Shown piece by piece: positions 49,115 to 54,959 of a DNA stretch of 64,000 nt; the first letter of the stretch is position 1, and each line of letters starts with the position of its first letter. The stretch lies in assembly GCA_024234735.1 (NCBI GenBank), contig JACKNV010000009.1, positions 75,162-139,161 of the forward strand. The letters are read 5' to 3'. The notes under the pieces are model-generated. The model was not told the origin of the DNA, ran no database searches, and worked only from the letters and a program-made list of their open reading frames with translations. Source of the DNA: Pseudomonadales bacterium (GTDB lineage Bacteria > Pseudomonadota > Gammaproteobacteria > Pseudomonadales > Halieaceae). The position numbers and the translations under genes are program-made.

Positions 49115-49390
49115 GGCTGATACATTGATTTTGACGCCAAGAGAATGAAGAACTTTTTGGACTGTTTCATATCTTGGCTTTGCCCCAGGAGCAAATGCCT
49201 TATATAGGCTCTCCCGTCCCAAGCCTGACTCTTGTGCTATCGCAGACATGCCTCGTGCCTTGGCGACATGCCCAATGGCGGCAAGAAATACACTGGGGTC
49301 ATCATCCTCAAGCGCAGCGGAAAGATATTCTGCGATAGTTTCCTCACTATCGAGATATGCGCTTGGATCAAATTCTGTGACTTTAACCAT
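49109..49390 (-). CDS. addiction-module antidote protein (HTH, HigA-like antitoxin)
   Basis: 93 aa. FDPSAYLDSEETIAEYLSAALEDDDP...ARGMSAIAQESGLGRESLYKA is typical. It lies 5 nt downstream of the toxin gene. Confidence 0.85.
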   Translation of the reverse strand: MVKVTEFDPSAYLDSEETIAEYLSAALEDDDPSVFLAAIGHVAKARGMSAIAQESGLGRESLYKAFAPGAKPRYETVQKVLHSLGVKINVSAA

Positions 49391-49395
49391 ATCAG

Positions 49396-49695
49396 TTACT
49401 CCGCTCTTAATTCGGACAAAATCTGCCGAGCACGAGCTATATCCTTGCCTTGGCTCGATTTATCTCCTCCACATAGGAGAAGCACCACCAGACCAGCTTT
49501 ACGGGTGAAATAAATCCGATAGCCTGGCCCAAAATGTATTCTGAGTTCATGCAGGCCGGAACCAAGAGACTTGGAATCACCAGTATTACCTTGGCGCAGT
49601 GATTCGATTCGAGCCAGTATTCTCGCGATGGCTTTTCGGTCCCTTAGCTTTGAGAGCCATTTCGAGAAGACATCAGTCTGCTGAACTTGATACAT
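49396..49695 (-). CDS. RelE/ParE-superfamily addiction-module killer toxin
   Basis: 99 aa. FSKWLSKLRDRKAIARILARIESLRQGNTGDSKSLGSGLHELRIHFGPGYRIYF is typical. Confidence 0.85.
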   Translation of the reverse strand: MYQVQQTDVFSKWLSKLRDRKAIARILARIESLRQGNTGDSKSLGSGLHELRIHFGPGYRIYFTRKAGLVVLLLCGGDKSSQGKDIARARQILSELRAE

Positions 49696-49701
49696 TTAGC
49701 A

Positions 49702-49730
49702 AGTGTATCCTATTAGATACACTCATGCAA
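49702..49730 (-). promoter_or_regulatory. candidate TA-cassette promoter with overlapping palindromic operator
   Basis: On the minus strand TTGCAT (49730-49725), a 17-nt spacer, then TACACT (49707-49702). The palindrome AGTGTATC-CTATTA-GATACACT (49702-49723) covers the spacer and -10. The ATG lies 6 nt after the -10, implying a leaderless transcript. Confidence 0.5.
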
Positions 49731-49753
49731 TTGGTGTGATGCTTGCAGAGGCC

Positions 49754-49814
49754 GCCAAACGCTCACAGTTGGGGCGGCCGGCACGGCCGTCCCGACAATC
49801 TGTGCTTGTTAAGT
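49754..49814 (-). repeat. attC site (61 bp)
   Basis: The minus strand reads ACTTAAC-AAGCACAGATTG...CAACTGTGAGC-GTTTGGC. CAATCTGTG / CAA-CTGTG pairing leaves one extrahelical base. R'' contains the upstream stop codon. Confidence 0.75.
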
Positions 49815-50156
49815 GTGTTTGGCACGAATCCACCGTATAGAGATGTAGAACACAGAAATTGATGCGGCTACCATGCTCACGTTACCCAATAAGACTATGA
49901 AGTTGTAATAATTTGATGGGTACTCTATTAGAACTTCCGTGTCGCCTTCACTATAGGACCACCTCAGACCAGGTAGAAACCATAAACCGATTTGACAAGC
50001 CACATATACGAAAGCGAAAAAACCCAGTGCCAGACCAGAGTTCTCTTTGCTTTTTGCATACAACCAGAATCCAGATAATGAAAGAACTATAAATGCGCTC
50101 ACATAACCATAAAGATTTGAGTATACGGACAACGCAGACAGGTTCATAACGGACAC
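49809..50156 (-). CDS. hypothetical membrane protein (115 aa, 3-4 TM)
   Basis: Cassette-sized ORF bounded by attC sites on both sides. No family recognised. Confidence 0.55.
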   Translation of the reverse strand: MSVMNLSALSVYSNLYGYVSAFIVLSLSGFWLYAKSKENSGLALGFFAFVYVACQIGLWFLPGLRWSYSEGDTEVLIEYPSNYYNFIVLLGNVSMVAASISVFYISIRWIRAKHT

Positions 50157-50253
50157 TTAACGCCTGAGCTCAGGTGCGTTTGAGGCGACGCACGCTTTTG
50201 CGGTAGCAAAAGTGGGTGGCGGGTCAAACGTCACCTGCAGCGATTTGTTAGGC
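50155..50253 (-). repeat. attC site (about 99 bp)
   Basis: The minus strand runs from GCCTAAC-AAATCGCTGCAGGTGACGTTTGA to TCAAACGCACCTGAGCTCAGGC-GTTAAGT. Both cores fit the consensus and the long arms pair. My hand count differs from the ORF track by 1 nt in this area. Confidence 0.8.
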
Positions 50254-51027
50254 GCGTGTTTCACCTGAGCCGATGACCTGCTGGAGACTTCCCCACTGTT
50301 CAGCATCAATACCCTTTATAAGCATCCACAGCGCCAAAGATAGCTCAGCCACAAGAGCAGGGAGCAAAATGATCGACCCAAGGCCTGAGATTGAGTCAAT
50401 GGCGAGAATAGCGCCGAAACTGTTGGCCAGATAGCACGCACCAGCAAGGATCATTAATCGTCCAATCAGTTTAGGGAGAAAACCGCAGCGCACAATCAAT
50501 ATGCCAAGCGTTACGCAGTAAATTCCGAAAAACACGAGCGCAACATGGTAGCCAAAAGCATGAGACCGCAACGAGTGATAGGCGATCTCTTGAACCTGGC
50601 TTGAACCCAGAGCCTCTGACGTGGAAGCACCATTAAGCCAAAGCAGCGCGTCCATATGATTGAGCAAATTCGTGCCTGAGATCGCGGCCATTACTAGCCG
50701 CAAACACGCCGCGAACAATGCCAGCAAAAATCCCACGGACCTCAAGACGACGAAGAATATGACCGCCAAGGCGACATCACACACGAGCATTAGCAGTTCA
50801 GCGGACAAGCCGGCCCTATACAAATGTTGTGAACCCAGTATGTTCGCTGCTGTAGCAGAAGCATCTCCCGCAACAATAAGTTGAGAGCGCACGAAAACTT
50901 CAGAAAATAGTCCGGCAGCAATGATGAAGAGGTAGAGAGCGCCTCCGGCACGTACGTATGATGGTACGAAGTGATCAAGCTTCGGGTCAGTCAACGATTC
51001 TTTCCCCTCTGTGTTGATTGGAGCCAT
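50248..51027 (-). CDS. DUF4386 family membrane protein (first cassette)
   Basis: 259 aa, polytopic. YVRAGGALYLFIIAAGLFSEVFVRSQLIV is DUF4386-like. The start lies 13 nt from the GCCTAAC junction. Confidence 0.7.
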   Translation of the reverse strand: MAPINTEGKESLTDPKLDHFVPSYVRAGGALYLFIIAAGLFSEVFVRSQLIVAGDASATAANILGSQHLYRAGLSAELLMLVCDVALAVIFFVVLRSVGFLLALFAACLRLVMAAISGTNLLNHMDALLWLNGASTSEALGSSQVQEIAYHSLRSHAFGYHVALVFFGIYCVTLGILIVRCGFLPKLIGRLMILAGACYLANSFGAILAIDSISGLGSIILLPALVAELSLALWMLIKGIDAEQWGSLQQVIGSGETRA

Positions 51028-51040
51028 TGTACCGGCGCGC

Positions 51041-51110
51041 GCCTAACAGCTACTTCGTTGGACCAAAGCAGAAATACGAATTGTGTATTCCTGAAACACT
51101 CCACACGCCC
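51041..51110 (-). other. attI / first-cassette junction region (candidate)
   Basis: GCCTAAC at 51041-51047 equals GTTAGGC on the cassette strand, the expected composite core at the head of the array. The extent of attI to the right is a guess. Confidence 0.45.
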
Positions 51111-51299
51111 CCTATTCCAAAAAAGCTCAATAAATCAACGCGCTAGCCTTTCGACTACATTTCCCTCTCCCCGGCACAGTTCTTATGTCAGTGTGCGCCG
51201 CCGGGAGACGGGCCCCACTTTCCATGCCGGCCGCCAAAGCATATCCCATATTTTCAGACGCTTACATTTTTTCGTTTGGTGCACATTAGACTATTTCCC

Positions 51300-51707
51300 A
51301 TGAAAAACGGTCATCGAGTTGATAGCCTCGGGCCGGCCATGGTTTGCTTGTTGACAGCAACCCCAGAGACCGTCATTCATGGACGATGTACGAGTCCCCA
51401 TTCCCGCCGGGTCTACCCGTTTCATGGATCACCTCGCCGTTCACGCCACTGTCGCCCCGTCGACACAACGGACGGCGCTGAACGCCCTGATGTACCTGTA
51501 CACAAATTACTTCGGGCGCGATCCACAAGCGCTGAATTTCAGCTACGCCAAAACCACGCGCAGGCTGCCGACAGTACCTACGCACAAGGTTCCGACATAC
51601 ACGCCATTAAGAAACTGCTGGGGCACGACGACGTCACCACCACCGAGATTTACACCCACGTGCTCAACCGCGGGGCCATGGGTGTGATCAGCCCGGTAGA
51701 CGGTTAG
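51300..51707 (+). pseudogene. intI: integron integrase (intI) remnant
   Basis: One frame reads [34 protein letters not shown]...[10 protein letters not shown], which is the IntI N-terminal domain, and is preceded by an in-frame TGA. It then jumps to another frame reading [37 protein letters not shown], the IntI C terminus with the catalytic Tyr. About 170 central residues are absent. Confidence 0.8.
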
Positions 51708-51727
51708 CGCGAAAATTGCGCCGCTAT

Positions 51728-51763
51728 TTGACAGCCTCCAATATACTGTATATTCATACAGTA
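51728..51763 (+). promoter_or_regulatory. dnaE2 promoter candidate with overlapping LexA (SOS) box
   Basis: TTGACA (51728-51733), a 17-nt spacer, then TATTCA (51751-51756). The LexA box TACTGTATATTCATACAGTA (51744-51763) covers the -10 and ends 1 nt before ATG 51765. No Shine-Dalgarno sequence is present. Confidence 0.8.
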
Positions 51764-51764
51764 T

Positions 51765-54700
51765 ATGTCAAGCTACGCCGAACTCCACTGCCTCAGCTGC
51801 TACAGCTTCCTGCGCGGCGCCTCCCACCCCCACGAGCTGGTGGAGCGGGCGGCGCAGTTGGGCTACGCCGCCCTGGCCATCACCGACGAGTGCTCCCTGG
51901 CGGGCATCGTCAAGGCCCACGTGGCGGCCAAGGAGCACGGCCTCAAGCTGCTGGTGGGCAGCGAGTTCAACCTCGAAGAGGGTATCAGGCTGGTGGCGCT
52001 GGCGCCGTCGCGGGCGGCCTACAGCGAGCTGTCCGGGTTGATCAGCCTGGCCCGGCGGCGCAGCCCCAAGGGCGAGTACCGCGCCGCACTGCGGGACGTG
52101 ATCTTTCATCTCAAGCGCTGCCTGCTGATCTGGCTGCCGCGGGATGACGACGAGGCCGGCCGCGCCTGGGGCCGGCAGCTCGCCCGCCTGTGCGCGGGCC
52201 GGGTGTGGCTGGGCATCACGCACCTGCTGGGCAACAACGAGGTGGTGCGCTACCTCACCCTGCACCGCATGGCCGGTGAGCTGGGCATACCCCTGGTGGC
52301 CTGCGGCAACGTGCAGATGCACGAGGCGCAGCGCAAGCCCCTGCACGACGTGTTCAGCGCCCTGCGCCACAACACCAGCATCGGCCAGCTGGGGCGGCGG
52401 CGGCTGGCCAACAGCCAGCAGCACCTGCGCGCCTGCGGCAGGCTGCGGCAGCTCTACCCGCCGGCCCTGCTGGCGCAGACGCTGCACATCGCCGCGCTGT
52501 GCGATTTCAGCCTGGACGAGCTGCGCTACGAGTACCCCGAGGAGGTGGTGCCCGCCGGGCACACGGCCAACAGCTACCTGCGCCGCCTGGTGGCCGCGGG
52601 CGGCGCCCTGCGCTGGCCGCAGGGCGTGCCGGTGGATATCCAGCAGCGCATCGACGGGGAGCTGGCGCTTATCGAAGAGCTGCACTACGAGTACTACTTC
52701 CTCACCGTGTACGACATCGTGCGCTTCGCGCGCTCCCGCGCCATCCTCTGCCAGGGGCGCGGCTCGGCGGCCAACTCGGTGGTGTGCTACTGCCTGTTCA
52801 TCACCGAGGTTTCCCCCGAGCAGATCTCCCTGCTCTTCGAGCGCTTCATCTCGAAGGAGCGCGACGAGCCGCCGGATATCGACGTGGATTTCGAACACGA
52901 GCGCCGCGAGGAGGTGATCCAGTACATCTACGCCAAATACACCCGCAAGCGCGCCGCCCTGGCGGCCACCGTCATCACCTACCGCTCCCGCAGCGCGGTG
53001 CGCGACGTGGGCCGGGCCCTGGGGCTGGACCCGGTGTTCGTCGACGACCTGGCCAAATCCCTGGCCTGGTGGGATCGCACCGCGGATCTCGCCAGGCGCT
53101 TTGCGGAGCAGGGTGTGGCCCAGCACAGCCGGCAGGCGGAGCTGTTTTACACCCTGGTGCAGCAGATCCTCGGCTTTCCCCGCCACCTGTCCCAGCACGT
53201 GGGCGGCTTCGTCATCACCCGCAGCCCCATCTCCGCCCTGGTGCCGGTGGAGAACGCCAGCATGGCCGAGCGCACCGTCATCCAGTGGGACAAGGAGGAC
53301 ATCGAGGCCCTGGGCCTGCTCAAGGTGGACATCCTGGCGCTGGGCATGCTGTCGGCCATCCGCAAGAGCCTGCAGCTGGTGCAGCGCTACTGCCCCGCCA
53401 TCAAAACCGTGAGCGACGTGCCGAAGGAGGATGCGGCCACCTACCGCATGCTGCAGGCGGCCGACACCGTGGGGGTGTTCCAGATCGAGTCCCGCGCGCA
53501 GATGTCCATGCTGCCCCGCCTGAAACCCGAGAACTTCTACGACCTGGTGATCGAGATCGCCATCGTCCGCCCCGGCCCCATCCAGGGCGACATGGTGCAC
53601 CCCTACCTGCGGCGCAAGCAGGGGCTGGAGCCGGTCACCTATCCCAGCGAGGCCATCAGGTCGGTGCTGGAGCGCACCCTGGGGGTACCCATTTTCCAAG
53701 AGCAGGTGATCCGCCTGGCCATGGTGGCGGCGGGTTTTTCCGGCGGCGAGGCCGACCAGCTGCGCCGCGCCATCGCCAACTGGGGGCGCAACAGCAAGCT
53801 GCTCGGCTTCGAGCAGCAGCTCACCCGCGGCATGATGGCGCGCGGCTACGACGAGGCCTTCGCCCGCCGCCTGTTCGAGCAGATCAAGGGCTTTGCCGGC
53901 TACGGCTTCCCCGAGTCCCACTCCGCCAGTTTCGCCCTGCTGGCCTATATCTCCGCCTGGCTCAAGTGCCACCACCCGGCGGCCTTCTACACCGGCCTGC
54001 TCAACAGCCAGCCCATGGGGTTTTACAGCCCCTCGCAGCTCATCCAGGATGCTCGCCGCCACGGCGTCACCGTGCTGCCCATCGACGTCAACCACAGCGG
54101 CTGGGACCACCTGTTACTCGACGCCCGCGAGGCCGGGCTGCAACAGCCCCCCCTGCGCCTGGGCTTGCGTCTGGTAAAAGGCCTCGGCGAAGAGGCTGCG
54201 CAGCGCATCGCCCAGGCGCGCCAACGGGGGCCGTTCCGCCAGATCAGCAATCTGCGCCAGCGGGCGCAACTGGGCAAGCGCGACCTGGAGGCGCTGGCGG
54301 GCGCCGACGCCCTGGCCTCCCTGAGCGGCCACCGCCACCAGTCCCAGTGGCAGATCATGGCGCTGGAGCAGGCGCGCCCGCTGCTGCAGGATGAGCAGCG
54401 CGCCAGCGCCGGTTATTTCGACGACGGCATCCAGCTGCCCGCGCCCGCCGTGGCGGAAGAGGTACTGGCGGACTACCGCGCCACCGGCCTCACCCTGCGG
54501 GCCCACCCCATGAGCCTGCTGCGCGACCGGCCACCCTTCGACCGCTGCAAGCGCCACGCCGACCTGGCGGCGCTGGGCAACAACCGCTTCGTGCGCATCG
54601 CCGGGCTGGTTACCTGCCGCCAGCGCCCGGGCAGCGCATCGGGGGTGCTGTTTCTCACCCTGGAGGATGAAACCGGCAACAGCAATATCGTGGTGTGGCA

Positions 54701-54866
54701 GCGCACCCAGCAGCAGTTTCGCCAGGCCCTGATGAGCGGCCAGCTGTTGCTGGTCAACGGCACCGTGGAGAGCCGCGACAATGTCATCCACATCATCGCC
54801 GGGGGCCTGTACGACTACAGCCACGAGTTGCAGGCCCTGCAGATATCGTCGCGGGATTTCCGCTGA
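51765..54866 (+). CDS. dnaE2: error-prone DNA polymerase III alpha-like subunit DnaE2 (ImuC)
   Basis: 1033 aa. N-terminal PHP domain YAELHCLSCYSFLRGASHPHELVERAAQLGYAALAITDE, and a size typical of DnaE2 rather than DnaE1. Confidence 0.93.
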   Translation: MSSYAELHCLSCYSFLRGASHPHELVERAAQLGYAALAITDECSLAGIVKAHVAAKEHGLKLLVGSEFNLEEGIRLVALAPSRAAYSELSGLISLARRRSPKGEYRAALRDVIFHLKRCLLIWLPRDDDEAGRAWGRQLARLCAGRVWLGITHLLGNNEVVRYLTLHRMAGELGIPLVACGNVQMHEAQRKPLHDVFSALRHNTSIGQLGRRRLANSQQHLRACGRLRQLYPPALLAQTLHIAALCDFSLDELRYEYPEEVVPAGHTANSYLRRLVAAGGALRWPQGVPVDIQQRIDGELALIEELHYEYYFLTVYDIVRFARSRAILCQGRGSAANSVVCYCLFITEVSPEQISLLFERFISKERDEPPDIDVDFEHERREEVIQYIYAKYTRKRAALAATVITYRSRSAVRDVGRALGLDPVFVDDLAKSLAWWDRTADLARRFAEQGVAQHSRQAELFYTLVQQILGFPRHLSQHVGGFVITRSPISALVPVENASMAERTVIQWDKEDIEALGLLKVDILALGMLSAIRKSLQLVQRYCPAIKTVSDVPKEDAATYRMLQAADTVGVFQIESRAQMSMLPRLKPENFYDLVIEIAIVRPGPIQGDMVHPYLRRKQGLEPVTYPSEAIRSVLERTLGVPIFQEQVIRLAMVAAGFSGGEADQLRRAIANWGRNSKLLGFEQQLTRGMMARGYDEAFARRLFEQIKGFAGYGFPESHSASFALLAYISAWLKCHHPAAFYTGLLNSQPMGFYSPSQLIQDARRHGVTVLPIDVNHSGWDHLLLDAREAGLQQPPLRLGLRLVKGLGEEAAQRIAQARQRGPFRQISNLRQRAQLGKRDLEALAGADALASLSGHRHQSQWQIMALEQARPLLQDEQRASAGYFDDGIQLPAPAVAEEVLADYRATGLTLRAHPMSLLRDRPPFDRCKRHADLAALGNNRFVRIAGLVTCRQRPGSASGVLFLTLEDETGNSNIVVWQRTQQQFRQALMSGQLLLVNGTVESRDNVIHIIAGGLYDYSHELQALQISSRDFR

Positions 54867-54959
54867 GCCGGCCGCGGGGCGGCCGGGCGCCTGTAAGAAT
54901 CGCGGAATATGGTCTAAACTGGCCGCCACAATAATCTGCACCACACGGAGTCGTGCCCC

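Larger units (their letters stand above)
39743..51707 (-). mobile_element. degenerate sedentary chromosomal integron: intI remnant, attI junction and minus-strand cassette array
   Basis: Visibly AT-richer block. More than 20 small unrelated ORFs all lie on the minus strand. At least 7 intergenic imperfect inverted repeats are bounded by RYYYAAC / GTTRRRY. An IntI-like remnant on the + strand at the right end diverges from the array. The left limit is uncertain; it is set here at the compositional shift. Confidence 0.75.

Noticed and set aside
50100-50250. Apparent 1-nt discrepancy between my hand count of the printed sequence and the ORF-track frame
   Set aside because: It is most likely my own reading error. 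The ORF-track coordinates were used, and small-site coordinates in this interval are given with a tolerance of +/-1-2 nt. No biological frameshift is claimed.
50971-51707. Track ORFs 50971-51303, 51276-51707 and 51379-51687 as independent genes
   Set aside because: The first spans the attI/promoter spacer and has no coding features. The other two are the two frames of the disrupted intI and are better described as one pseudogene.
51768-54110. 780-aa ORF on the minus strand, plus the + strand alternative frames 52144-52917 and 52499-54394
   Set aside because: They are antisense or out of frame relative to dnaE2, whose product is recognisable along its whole length.
54867-54890. GC-rich hairpin GCCGGCCGC-GGG-GCGGCCGGGC after dnaE2 as an intrinsic terminator
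   Set aside because: The stem has a bulge and no U-tract follows. It cannot be distinguished from random GC-rich self-complementarity.
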